DNA of 64,000 bases, taken from the IMG/VR virus record IMGVR_UViG_3300020048_000037, one strand, 5' to 3'. The stretch comes from an uncultured virus (IMG/VR IMGVR_UViG_3300020048_000037) (Duplodnaviria > Heunggongvirae > Uroviricota > Caudoviricetes). A program made the position numbers and the translations under genes. The notes beneath the pieces were generated by a model that saw only the letters and a program-made list of their open reading frames with translations, made no database searches and had not been told where the DNA came from. Shown here one piece after another: positions 41,521-51,150 of this stretch; the stretch's first letter is position 1; each line of letters starts with the position of its first letter.

Positions 41521-41789
41521 AATATATTAAAACATTTGAAATTGTCCATTCATACCCAAAAGAAGGAGATTATGTAATACTTAATGCTGAACATTATATA
41601 ATACTAAATCCAAATTTTTATAAATTTATTAAAAATAAAATATTTAAAATTGAAAAGCATAATGGAGAATATTTTACTTTTAATATTAATAATAAAATTA
41701 AATATTTAACAATTAATAGTATAAAATATTGGGCTGATAATGAAGAAGAATTACAAATTTACATAGAATCAGAAAAATATAACATATAA
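41517..41789 (+). CDS. Dual-tag family, GDYV member
   Basis: Start reassigned to MKYIKTFE; ends EKYNI*. Confidence 0.8.
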   Translation: MKYIKTFEIVHSYPKEGDYVILNAEHYIILNPNFYKFIKNKIFKIEKHNGEYFTFNINNKIKYLTINSIKYWADNEEELQIYIESEKYNI

Positions 41790-42367
41790 TGAAATATATT
41801 AAAACATTTGAATATATAGTACCATTAGATAAAACCAGATTAGAAGGTGATATAATAGGAAAGTATGTTATAATTCATTCAATAGTTGGAGGCAAAGAAC
41901 TCGAAAAATTCTTATTAACTAATATTGGACAGATAGTTAAAAATGATATTGATGATAACACAATTAATGTGTCATATGAAGGTTGTGAAATTCCAAATGA
42001 ATTAAAAGGATTATTTAATAACTGTAGATGGTTTGCATCAAAAGAAATAGAAGAAATTTCTGATACAAAAGAAAAACTTGAATATATACTACAAGCAAAT
42101 TTAGTTCAATATTATAGTGATATTTCAAATACTTTTCAAACATATGATTTTAACGTATATGAAGAATTTGGTAAAATTAAACTTAATTTAAAATATAAAA
42201 ATAGAATATCAAAAAATATTTTAGAAAAGATAACTATTTTTTTTAAAGGATATTCATATGAAATAACTCACACCCCAACATGTATAATAGTAGAATGTTG
42301 GTTTCTACCAATAGATATATTTGATCAATTCGAAATTGAAAGAAACACAAAAAAATTCAATATATGA
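41789..42367 (+). CDS. Dual-tag family protein
   Basis: MKYIKTFE...KKFNI*. Confidence 0.8.
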   Translation: MKYIKTFEYIVPLDKTRLEGDIIGKYVIIHSIVGGKELEKFLLTNIGQIVKNDIDDNTINVSYEGCEIPNELKGLFNNCRWFASKEIEEISDTKEKLEYILQANLVQYYSDISNTFQTYDFNVYEEFGKIKLNLKYKNRISKNILEKITIFFKGYSYEITHTPTCIIVECWFLPIDIFDQFEIERNTKKFNI

Positions 42368-42690
42368 AATATATAAAAAAAATTGAAAAACAAGCAAAAA
42401 CTGAAGAATTAGAAAGAATAGGAAATTATGTAATAACAAATCCTATACATTGTAACCAATCAGAAAAAATATTTTTTAATAATACTATTGGTAAAATAGT
42501 TGGAGTTAGTGTAGATCATGTTGGTAATGAAAATTCATTTAAGATAGAATATAATTATGAAGATATTCCTATGAAAGTAATATTAAATAGAGATAATACA
42601 TATTATGTTAAAAATTATGAAATTATACTTGAATTTAAAAATAAAGATGAGCTAGAAGTAGTTATAGCAGCAAAAAAATTTAACATATGA
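42364..42690 (+). CDS. Dual-tag family, GxYV member
   Basis: MKYIKKIE...KKFNI*. Confidence 0.8.
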   Translation: MKYIKKIEKQAKTEELERIGNYVITNPIHCNQSEKIFFNNTIGKIVGVSVDHVGNENSFKIEYNYEDIPMKVILNRDNTYYVKNYEIILEFKNKDELEVVIAAKKFNI

Positions 42691-43028
42691 AATATATTAG
42701 AATATTTGAAAATAATATAACAGTCGGAGAATATGTTTTAATTAACATTAATGGTAATTCTACAGTTGGCTCAAAAGAATTTATGAATTTTATAAATAAT
42801 AATATTGGTAGAATCATAAAAATAAAAGATATTAATAAGTGGAGTGAATTTAACATATATGTAGAATACGAAAATGTTCCATATGATATAAAAAACTATT
42901 CAAGTTTTATATATAATGAAGAAAATGATAAACCATATATTATAGTTCGACGTGGTTTCATAATAGCAAATCATAAAGATAAAAATAAATTAGAAGCAAT
43001 CATTGCAGCAAAAAAATTTAACTTATGA
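42687..43028 (+). CDS. Dual-tag family, GxYV member
   Basis: MKYIRIFE...KKFNL*. Confidence 0.8.
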   Translation: MKYIRIFENNITVGEYVLININGNSTVGSKEFMNFINNNIGRIIKIKDINKWSEFNIYVEYENVPYDIKNYSSFIYNEENDKPYIIVRRGFIIANHKDKNKLEAIIAAKKFNL

Positions 43029-43480
43029 AATATATTAAAACTTTTGAAAAAATACTTAAAAAGAAAGATCCAGAAGTGATGAATAATCCGTTGCGTGATA
43101 TAAGTTATAGATTTAAAGACATATTGAAAAAATTACAGAAATATGATAATAGAGCTGATAGTTCTTCTAAAGTTGATTTAATTTTTTATAATGATAATTA
43201 TATAATAGCACATTATTATTTTTATAATGATTGTTTATTTGAAATTAGTTTACGTTTAAATTCTGATTATACATGTGAATTAGCAGTATTGTTAATAAAA
43301 AATACTAAATATAATGAAACTTTATTGGATTTATTTAAAACAATATTTATTGAGTATATTGTAAAAGATGATTATCTATATTATCAGTTTACTGTACCTA
43401 TAAAAAATATGAATTATTTAATAGATGAATTGTCTGTTAGTTTTCTAGCAAAAATTTCAGCAAACAAATTTAACTTATGA
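43025..43480 (+). CDS. Dual-tag family protein
   Basis: MKYIKTFE...NKFNL*. Confidence 0.8.
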   Translation: MKYIKTFEKILKKKDPEVMNNPLRDISYRFKDILKKLQKYDNRADSSSKVDLIFYNDNYIIAHYYFYNDCLFEISLRLNSDYTCELAVLLIKNTKYNETLLDLFKTIFIEYIVKDDYLYYQFTVPIKNMNYLIDELSVSFLAKISANKFNL

Positions 43481-43818
43481 AACATATTAAAACATTTGAA
43501 AAAATTATAAACACTGATATTAAAATTGGAGACTATGTTTTAATTAATTGTGTCGGATATAGTGGCATGGGTGCAAAAAAAATGATGAATTTTATAAATA
43601 ATAATATTGGTAGAATAATAAATATTGATGATCCTGAAAAAAGATGGGATAATTTATCAGTAGCATATGAAAATGTACCAGACGATATTATTCATCCTTG
43701 GTTTTTTATAAAAAATGATATAATATTTAAAAGAATTAGATATGGATATATAATTGATAAATCAAAAAACAAAGTAGATTTAGAATATATATTACAAGCA
43801 AAAAAATTTAATTTATGA
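43477..43818 (+). CDS. Dual-tag family, GDYV member
   Basis: MKHIKTFE...KKFNL*. Confidence 0.8.
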   Translation: MKHIKTFEKIINTDIKIGDYVLINCVGYSGMGAKKMMNFINNNIGRIINIDDPEKRWDNLSVAYENVPDDIIHPWFFIKNDIIFKRIRYGYIIDKSKNKVDLEYILQAKKFNL

Positions 43819-44349
43819 AATATATTAAAACTTTTGAATCAGAAATAGAAGGAAAACTTAGATCAGATATACTTGATATTATTATTTATGATGACTAAAC
43901 AAAAATGAGAAAATTATTATATAAAAATAAGATAAATATAAATGATAGAATATGTAAAATTAATGGAATAATTTTTGGTTTTTGTAGTGATGTTATTAAT
44001 GTATTAGATAATATTACTAATATAGAAACTGCAAACTGGACATTATTAATGATAGCAGCGTATACAGGTAAAATAAATATTTTAGAAACTTTAATGGAAT
44101 TTGGTGATAAATCCTATTTAAATGATAATGATAAAGGTATCACAGCTTTAATGTTAGCATCAATAAACAATAGATTATCAGCAATTGAAAAATTAATAGA
44201 ATTAGGTGCTGATATGTATTTAAAAAATGAAAAAGGACAAGATTTCTTTGATATTGCATCAGAAAATTTAAAAAAAGAAATTATTGATACTGTTGGTGAT
44301 AAAAATGGTATGCCATTTTTTACAGATTCAAAAAAAATTTAACTTATAA
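43815..44349 (+). pseudogene. Ankyrin-repeat dual-tag gene with in-frame stop and 3' frameshift
   Basis: MKYIKTFE at 43815 is in frame with 43905..44342 but has TAA at 43896; removing one A near 44331 restores SKKFNL*. Confidence 0.65.
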
Positions 44350-44366
44350 AAAATAACAATAATATC

Positions 44367-44630
44367 ATGCTAAAAAAATTTAACAATTTTAATAAAATAG
44401 AAGAAGATTTTAGACCTAATATATCAGCCCAAATTATTTGGTCAAATAAAGAAGAATTAAGAAAAATAATACTAAAGAATTTAATAAATGACAATAATTT
44501 GACATTGGATGATTATATTAAAAGTTGTAAAGGATACGTTAGTAGACTTAGTGATGAAGATAAGAAAGATTTTAATGAAGTTGTAGATAAATTAAATTTA
44601 CCAGTTTGGCAAAAAAAAAGAAATTATTAA
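44367..44630 (+). CDS. Hypothetical protein with CTS-like N-terminus
   Basis: MLKKFNNFNKIEE. Confidence 0.7.
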   Translation: MLKKFNNFNKIEEDFRPNISAQIIWSNKEELRKIILKNLINDNNLTLDDYIKSCKGYVSRLSDEDKKDFNEVVDKLNLPVWQKKRNY

Positions 44631-45089
44631 ATGAAACACATTAAAAAATTTGAAGCAGTATCAAAAGAAGATAAAATGAAAGATAATGTTGATTTATTAA
44701 TAGATTTACTACACGAAAATCCTAATTATGAAACACATGATTTCTATGTATTTATAGCTAGGGAAGATTTTAAAGAAGTTGAAAATGGATTATATAAGAA
44801 ATCAATAACAATAGAGAATATGGTTATAATCACACCTGATGAACATGGTGTAACATCAATGGCTGGATTACAAATTAGAGCAAGATTTCAGACAGACAGT
44901 GAATTATATCAGGTATGGCTTCCGAAAGAACTAAGAAAAGATATTGAAGGTAAAACATCAAGTGAAATTGAACCATATATAGTAGATATTATAGATAAAT
45001 ATAAAACGTCTGGCTCAGATGACACTGGAAGAAAAGTTTATAATGATGTAGTACAAAGAAGAAAAGATATATCTAAATTTAATTTATGA
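44631..45089 (+). CDS. Dual-tag family protein
   Basis: MKHIKKFE...SKFNL*. Confidence 0.8.
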   Translation: MKHIKKFEAVSKEDKMKDNVDLLIDLLHENPNYETHDFYVFIAREDFKEVENGLYKKSITIENMVIITPDEHGVTSMAGLQIRARFQTDSELYQVWLPKELRKDIEGKTSSEIEPYIVDIIDKYKTSGSDDTGRKVYNDVVQRRKDISKFNL

Positions 45090-45349
45090 GAATTAAAAAA
45101 TTTAAAGATATAACAGATAAATATTTATATGATTCACCTTTTTATAATGGAGTAGTTTATTATGTTTGTACAGAGTGCTATAGCAATAAATTAGTAAGAA
45201 CTATAAAAGGTGGATTTCAACCACCTGAATATATATGTGATAATTGTGGTTCTAAAGTTTATTCTCCTATGAGTTTAACACCAGATAAATATAAAGAATT
45301 TATAACAGAAAAAGAATTGAAAAAAGACTTGAAAAAATTTAATATGTAA
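45086..45349 (+). CDS. Zinc-ribbon dual-tag family protein
   Basis: CTEC..CDNCG; ends KKFNM*. Confidence 0.8.
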   Translation: MRIKKFKDITDKYLYDSPFYNGVVYYVCTECYSNKLVRTIKGGFQPPEYICDNCGSKVYSPMSLTPDKYKEFITEKELKKDLKKFNM

Positions 45350-45351
45350 TT

Positions 45352-45729
45352 ATGAATAAATATACTAAAATATTTGAAGAAATAAATAATGACAATTGGA
45401 GCAATTATTGTATGATTATAAGTGATGTACATGAATCTGATGGTTGTCCTGAAGTGTATTTGTGCAATAATGAAAAACAAGCATTTATATATTTAAAAAA
45501 TTTAATTTGTGCTGAATATAAATCTTATAATACATGGGCACATTATAGTAAATATTTAGATGAATATAGTAAAGCAAGCAATTTAGAAGAATTATATGAA
45601 ATATTCGAAAGTAGACATAGAAATCTAAATGTAAATATTATTTATAGTGATTTGAATGATGATGTTAAACTTGATGATTGGATAACAAAATTTGAATTAG
45701 ATAACCAGTTGAAAAAATTTAATTTATAA
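45352..45729 (+). CDS. Dual-tag family protein
   Basis: MNKYTKIFE...KKFNL*. Confidence 0.8.
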   Translation: MNKYTKIFEEINNDNWSNYCMIISDVHESDGCPEVYLCNNEKQAFIYLKNLICAEYKSYNTWAHYSKYLDEYSKASNLEELYEIFESRHRNLNVNIIYSDLNDDVKLDDWITKFELDNQLKKFNL

Positions 45730-46172
45730 TGAAAATATATAAATTTGATATATTTATTAATGAAAATAATGATTTTAGTGATTCAGTTTATTCATTAGTA
45801 CATAGAGATAAATATGGATATAAAGAACTTATTTTTCATATTGAAAGTGTATCATATAAATTTGATATTATTTACACTAAAGAATATGGTATTCATATGT
45901 TCTTAGAAATTATTTATGAATTTCCTATAGAAAATAAAAGAGTTGATCGTAGACTTTTTGGTCCAGATGATAGTTTTGATATTGAAAAAATTATGGATAA
46001 ATTGTGGTTTACTATTAGTGTTATGAATCATTTAAACTTAAATAAATTAATACCAAATAAAGATAAAAATGGCATAGTAATAACTAATAAAAAAGATAAG
46101 TTTAAGAATGATACTTTGAAAGTTTTAGAACACATAAAAATACTTTATGATACAAATAAATTCAACATTTAA
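45729..46172 (+). CDS. Dual-tag family protein
   Basis: MKIYKFDIFINE...NKFNI*. Confidence 0.8.
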   Translation: MKIYKFDIFINENNDFSDSVYSLVHRDKYGYKELIFHIESVSYKFDIIYTKEYGIHMFLEIIYEFPIENKRVDRRLFGPDDSFDIEKIMDKLWFTISVMNHLNLNKLIPNKDKNGIVITNKKDKFKNDTLKVLEHIKILYDTNKFNI

Positions 46173-46251
46173 AATAATATAATAAATCATAAAAAAGAAT
46201 AAAATATACATATTTTATTCTTTTTTTATGTGTAGATTAATATTAATTGAG

Positions 46252-46259
46252 TATCTTTG
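46252..46259 (+). promoter_or_regulatory. Bacteroidota-type -7 promoter box
   Basis: TATCTTTG before ATG 46277. Confidence 0.55.
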
Positions 46260-46276
46260 TAAAAAAAATTAAATAT

Positions 46277-47008
46277 ATGAGCAAATTTAATGATGAAGAA
46301 TATAATGGATTGGTGATAAAATTACCAAAATGGTTTATAGATTTAAATAATCTAAATGATATTTTATCTAAATTGAAAGATGATATTGAATCTAATGTCT
46401 CTCTATCAACTATGTTTCCAGATTATGAAAAATCAATGTATGAACTTGAGCATTATTCTGATAAAATTGATATAACAAAAGAAATTAAAAAATCTCATGA
46501 TGAATCAGAAGAAAGAATAAGAAAATACTATCAATCTAGAGTAAATAAAGAAATATTTGATATTACTTGGACTGAAGTTAGACACACATTAATAAGGTCT
46601 AAATTATATATTGGTGATGATGTATATGAACTAGATGATTTATTAGAATTAAAAAGTAAAGATAAGAAAATATTGACTGAAATAAACAATAGAATAAATA
46701 ACTTAAATAAAGAAGAAATTGAAAAATTCGTACTTGATAATAATCTAAATGATGTAAATGTATATGAGTATGATACTCATTGGAGATTCACATATAATAC
46801 AATATATATTGACAATTATATGAATCCATCATTTAGATTTGAAATACTATCTATTAAGTGGTATGTTGATAGATATCACTATTATGATAATTTAAGATTA
46901 TGGTGGGATCATAATGATTATTATTTTATATTACCAACAAAAAGAAAAGGTGGAAAAATATTTTTAAATGATTATGAAAGAAAAGATTTAAATTTGATTA
47001 AAAAATAA
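46277..47008 (+). CDS. Hypothetical protein
   Basis: Start reassigned to MSKFNDEE. Confidence 0.7.
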   Translation: MSKFNDEEYNGLVIKLPKWFIDLNNLNDILSKLKDDIESNVSLSTMFPDYEKSMYELEHYSDKIDITKEIKKSHDESEERIRKYYQSRVNKEIFDITWTEVRHTLIRSKLYIGDDVYELDDLLELKSKDKKILTEINNRINNLNKEEIEKFVLDNNLNDVNVYEYDTHWRFTYNTIYIDNYMNPSFRFEILSIKWYVDRYHYYDNLRLWWDHNDYYFILPTKRKGGKIFLNDYERKDLNLIKK

Positions 47009-47035
47009 AGATTATTACTAAATTAGTAATAATCT

Positions 47036-48220
47036 TTATAAATTTTTAATTAATTCATTAAAATGCTTATCAAATATAACTTTAACTTTTTCATAATTAG
47101 ATTTAGAACATACAATTGAATCATGTATAGTAAAAAGGATTATATCAGGATATTTTTCATATATTTCTTTTATTACTGTATTAAATATAAAATCACTCTC
47201 CATCTTCTGAAGTTCATGTGATAACTCCTTATAACTAGTTCTATTTTCTTTAAACTCTAAAATATATTCATATACTGATGGATATAACTTCTGAAAAATT
47301 TTATTTAATTTTTTATTTGTTTTTACATTATTTCCAAATAAAACTTTATACATCAATTCTTTAGCTTCAAATCTTTTTGTTAATTTAGATTTTTCAATAA
47401 TATCTTCATATATCAAACCCTGCTTTACTAAATCAAAATATCTTTTTGTATCACCATTTATATACGGTAATTCTTTTTTCAATAATACTGCAAAGAATAA
47501 TGGTTGAGAATTTTTTATATCAATTTCATCAAGCATCTCATTATCAATACTTAAACATCTATTTCTAACTTCTCTTTTAAGTATTGTAAAATTTGTATGG
47601 AACCTACCATAATCATCAAAGTTAAAATATATACTTTTTGAATTTATATTTTCTATTGAAATTAGATTTTTCTGATATTTAGGTTCGCACATTTCACCTA
47701 TTTTTCTCTTATAGTCAATAAATTTTAGTGCTTCATCATAATCAATATCAATTTTAGTTAAAGATTCTATTAATTTTTTCCTTACATCAATAGATATAGA
47801 ACTAAAATTCATCTCAGTGATAGATGATTCGTATCTATTGTCTATTTTTTTTAATAATATTTTATCATAATTTTTCCATCTAATTACATTATAAATATGT
47901 TCTATATTTAATTTATATGTTTTAGTTTTTTTACCAACACAATAATTAGATACCATACTCATAAACCCTTGTTCACATAAATAATCAATATAATAGTTAT
48001 AATGTTCATTATATCTCTTTTTTAATATTATTGATGATAATTTAAATGTAATATCTGTATTTTTACTGAAATGAAATTTTATTATAAGTTCATGAATAAT
48101 ATTAATTAAATATGAGCACTTTAGATTTATTCCTTTATATTCTACTTTTTTCTGCTGTGTAAGATATTGAAAATCATTTGAAACAAATTGCCAAGTATAA
48201 TCACTAGTTTTTGAAACCAC
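47036..48220 (-). CDS. Family A polymerase-like (palm-domain) protein without exonuclease
   Basis: GRFHT, motif A EIDIKNSQP, motif B RFEAKELMYKVLFG, LQKMES, motif C TIHDSI. Confidence 0.65.
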   Translation of the reverse strand: MVSKTSDYTWQFVSNDFQYLTQQKKVEYKGINLKCSYLINIIHELIIKFHFSKNTDITFKLSSIILKKRYNEHYNYYIDYLCEQGFMSMVSNYCVGKKTKTYKLNIEHIYNVIRWKNYDKILLKKIDNRYESSITEMNFSSISIDVRKKLIESLTKIDIDYDEALKFIDYKRKIGEMCEPKYQKNLISIENINSKSIYFNFDDYGRFHTNFTILKREVRNRCLSIDNEMLDEIDIKNSQPLFFAVLLKKELPYINGDTKRYFDLVKQGLIYEDIIEKSKLTKRFEAKELMYKVLFGNNVKTNKKLNKIFQKLYPSVYEYILEFKENRTSYKELSHELQKMESDFIFNTVIKEIYEKYPDIILFTIHDSIVCSKSNYEKVKVIFDKHFNELIKNL

Positions 48221-48365
48221 TTAATGTTATTTTTTATTACATATAGGATATTTTATTGTGTTTGTTTCTTATAATTGAAATTTATTTTATATTATTTTAT
48301 CTATATTATTTTGTATATTAAAAAAAAAATATTATCTTTACACCAAAATTAAAACCATATATTAA

Positions 48366-48806
48366 ATGAAAAGAATCATAACAATCAGTCAAAAAGACAA
48401 AGATGAATTTAAAATGATTAATCAATCAGAAAAAGGATTTGAGTTGATTATCAGAACAAAATCAAAATTGAATGAATTATTGAATATTATAAATTCAACT
48501 GACGATTCTGATATTTATATTAACTGGCAACAAAAGTTTAAGAAAGAAAATTATACATTATATAAAAAATGTATTTTTTCAGAACCAATTGATAATTTTT
48601 TTATATCACCAAGAAGTAAAGAAAAAATTGCTTTTGGCAAAAAAATAAAAATAACTTGTTCAGGTATATCATACTATACATCTAATAAGTTATATATTAA
48701 CAAACAAGTTAAATATTCAACTCACTCATATAAGGATGAAAAAATGTTAGTTAGATTATTGAAAATTAGTGAATTAAAAAATATAGAAAATGAAAGTTAC
48801 ATTTAA
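48366..48806 (+). CDS. Hypothetical protein, RxxK tag
   Basis: VRLLKISEL. Confidence 0.7.
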   Translation: MKRIITISQKDKDEFKMINQSEKGFELIIRTKSKLNELLNIINSTDDSDIYINWQQKFKKENYTLYKKCIFSEPIDNFFISPRSKEKIAFGKKIKITCSGISYYTSNKLYINKQVKYSTHSYKDEKMLVRLLKISELKNIENESYI

Positions 48807-49131
48807 TAAAGTAAATGATACAAAATTAGAACGAAAAATAAAATTAGAAAATATTTTTAAAAAAAATAAAGATTTTTTTGTTTTTTATAGTTGGGGTACA
48901 GAAAATGAATACTATTATGAAGATATAAGAGATCTTCATTTATTGTGTCTTTCAATATCACTTGATTTACTTAGAAACACATTTAAAACAAATGAAATTG
49001 GTAATATTAAATATGATAATTATATTGAAAATGAAACAGCAATATCTGAGATTCAAAAATTAGGTAATATGATAAAAAAAGATAAAGAAGACAATCCATA
49101 TAAATATCATCGTAAAAATATTAAAAAATAA
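48790..49131 (+). CDS. Hypothetical protein with RxxK motif at N-terminus
   Basis: ERKIKLENI. Confidence 0.65.
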   Translation: MKVTFNKVNDTKLERKIKLENIFKKNKDFFVFYSWGTENEYYYEDIRDLHLLCLSISLDLLRNTFKTNEIGNIKYDNYIENETAISEIQKLGNMIKKDKEDNPYKYHRKNIKK

Positions 49132-49192
49132 ATTTAAATATTAAAAAACATTAAATAACACATAAAAAATATTATCATATTAAAAAAAGATA

Positions 49193-49200
49193 TATCTTTG
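49193..49200 (+). promoter_or_regulatory. Bacteroidota-type -7 promoter box
   Basis: TATCTTTG upstream of micro-ORF pair. Confidence 0.55.
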
Positions 49201-49247
49201 TAGTATTATTAAAATATTATTATTTTCACTCTAAAAAAGTAAATATT

Positions 49248-49280
49248 ATGGAAGATAGTTGTAACTCACCGCCATGGTAA
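49248..49280 (+). CDS. Micro-ORF MEDSCNSPPW
   Basis: Paralog of 49350..49382 with synonymous divergence. Confidence 0.5.
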   Translation: MEDSCNSPPW

Positions 49281-49349
49281 GATAAATATAAATATAATAG
49301 ATAAACAATAAATATAAACAATAGATACAATTTTAAAGATTTAAGTAAT

Positions 49350-49382
49350 ATGAAAGATAATTGTCATTCTCCACCGAGTTAG
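49350..49382 (+). CDS. Micro-ORF MKDNCHSPPS
   Basis: Paralog of 49248..49280. Confidence 0.5.
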   Translation: MKDNCHSPPS

Positions 49383-49457
49383 TAGATAAATATAATATAA
49401 ATATGATATAATAAAGCCAAAAAAGCAATAAAATATAAATAATAGATATAATGATAA

Positions 49458-49490
49458 AAAAAGCCATTCTTAATAGTAAGAATGGCTTTT
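49458..49490. terminator. Bidirectional terminator
   Basis: AAAAGCCATTCTTA..TAAGAATGGCTTTT. Confidence 0.75.
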
Positions 49491-49507
49491 TCCATTTATT
49501 AAAATAT

Positions 49508-49945
49508 TTATTTATTTTTAGCTTTTTCTATGTTTTCTGCAAATTTTTTACCATCTTCTCCTAATTCTCCATTTTTTAAATCATTTAAAACATCTTCATA
49601 TTCATCTGTAACCATATCAACTTCTTTGACAAAATTATCATCCTTTTGTTTTGATTTAAATAATGATGCACCTTTTTCTCCTAGTACTTTAATTTTATTT
49701 GCAAATTCTTTACCGCGATCACCTAATATTGAATTTTTTAATGCAGATATTACTACACCACCTACTGAACTTACAATTCCACCTACAGCAAAAGCTTCAA
49801 CAGCTAACCCCATATAATATGCTGCTTGCATAATAGGTTCTAATCCTGATCCAGCAGAAATTATATCAGAAAATATATTTTCATTTATTTCTTCTTTTTT
49901 AATATTTTCATTTACAAAATTACCAAAATCTTTTATCTTATTCAT
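49508..49945 (-). CDS. Protein with CTS-like N-terminus and hydrophobic Gly/Ala-rich segment
   Basis: MNKIKDFGNFVNE..INE; AFAVGGIVSSVGGVVISAL. Confidence 0.75.
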   Translation of the reverse strand: MNKIKDFGNFVNENIKKEEINENIFSDIISAGSGLEPIMQAAYYMGLAVEAFAVGGIVSSVGGVVISALKNSILGDRGKEFANKIKVLGEKGASLFKSKQKDDNFVKEVDMVTDEYEDVLNDLKNGELGEDGKKFAENIEKAKNK

Positions 49946-49979
49946 AGTCTTTTTTATTTTTTATTTGTATATATAAATT

Positions 49980-50495
49980 TTATATGTTGAATTTATCAAC
50001 ACCAAACATCCATTCAACTCCTTTTTTAACAACAGAATTTAAATCATCTTCATATAATGTATAATAATGTTTAAAATTAATAGGATCTGATTCTAATAAT
50101 TCAATAATTTTTTTATCTAATTTATTTTTAAAAATGTTTTTATATTTTTTATATATCACATCTTCAATCTTAAATATACTATTACGAAATGATACAGTAC
50201 TATAATTTAGTTTATTATCTATGTTATATCTATCCATAACTTCATAAAAACTATATGAACCAATTTTTTTTTCATAACCAATTAAATTGTTATATACTGT
50301 TCTATATTCAAAATTAACATGTTCTATTTCATCTAATGTTAACTCATCAATCTTATCTAATATATTTAAATTATTTATATAATTTTCAATAAAGTCAATT
50401 AACTTATTAGTTTCTGCTATTGTTAGGTATTCAAAATTTTTTCTGTTTCTAGACTTATTTTCAAATCTTTGTTCAAATGTTTTTATATACTTCAT
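49980..50495 (-). CDS. Dual-tag family protein
   Basis: MKYIKTFE...DKFNI*. Confidence 0.8.
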   Translation of the reverse strand: MKYIKTFEQRFENKSRNRKNFEYLTIAETNKLIDFIENYINNLNILDKIDELTLDEIEHVNFEYRTVYNNLIGYEKKIGSYSFYEVMDRYNIDNKLNYSTVSFRNSIFKIEDVIYKKYKNIFKNKLDKKIIELLESDPINFKHYYTLYEDDLNSVVKKGVEWMFGVDKFNI

Positions 50496-50830
50496 AAATT
50501 AAATTTTTTTGTTTCTTTTTTCATTTTTAATTCTTCAATGGTTTTACCATATTCTACAATTCTACTAATATCAAACCATCTATAAAAAACTCTACCTTTT
50601 TTTAAAAAATAATGTTCTATATTTTTTGGAACATATTCATATTTAACACTAATATCACTTATATTTATGTTTATATTTAATTCAACTACAATACCTATTG
50701 TATTTTCTAAAAAATCTTTAATATTGTTCATTATTTCATTTTCTACATAACTATAAAATGGTGGTTTCATTAACACATAATCACCAACACCAATCTTATC
50801 AAATTTTTCAAAAACTATCAAGTATTTCAT
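50492..50830 (-). CDS. Dual-tag family, GDYV member
   Basis: MKYLIVFE..VGDYV..KKFNL*. Confidence 0.8.
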   Translation of the reverse strand: MKYLIVFEKFDKIGVGDYVLMKPPFYSYVENEIMNNIKDFLENTIGIVVELNININISDISVKYEYVPKNIEHYFLKKGRVFYRWFDISRIVEYGKTIEELKMKKETKKFNL

Positions 50831-50925
50831 GTTTTATATATTATTTTTTATTAATCGTTTTTTTATATCAAATATTTTTTATATATTTATAATTATATAA
50901 TTAAATAATAAAAATAATATTAAAT

Positions 50926-51150
50926 ATGAAAAGACTTAAAAATTATTTAAATGAGCTGTCACCTAAAAATTGGACAAGAGAATATACAGGTATTTATACA
51001 TTAACTATATGGGTATCAATATTATGCTTATTGTTATTATTACGTTATACATCTAATTATACACCAAGTATGTCTGATGTATTAATAATGATAATATTTA
51101 CTTTTGCAGGAATGTTAACAGGATATTTTTTTGGTAAACACATGAAATGA
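50926..51150 (+). CDS. Small membrane protein
   Basis: Two TM segments. Confidence 0.65.
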   Translation: MKRLKNYLNELSPKNWTREYTGIYTLTIWVSILCLLLLLRYTSNYTPSMSDVLIMIIFTFAGMLTGYFFGKHMK

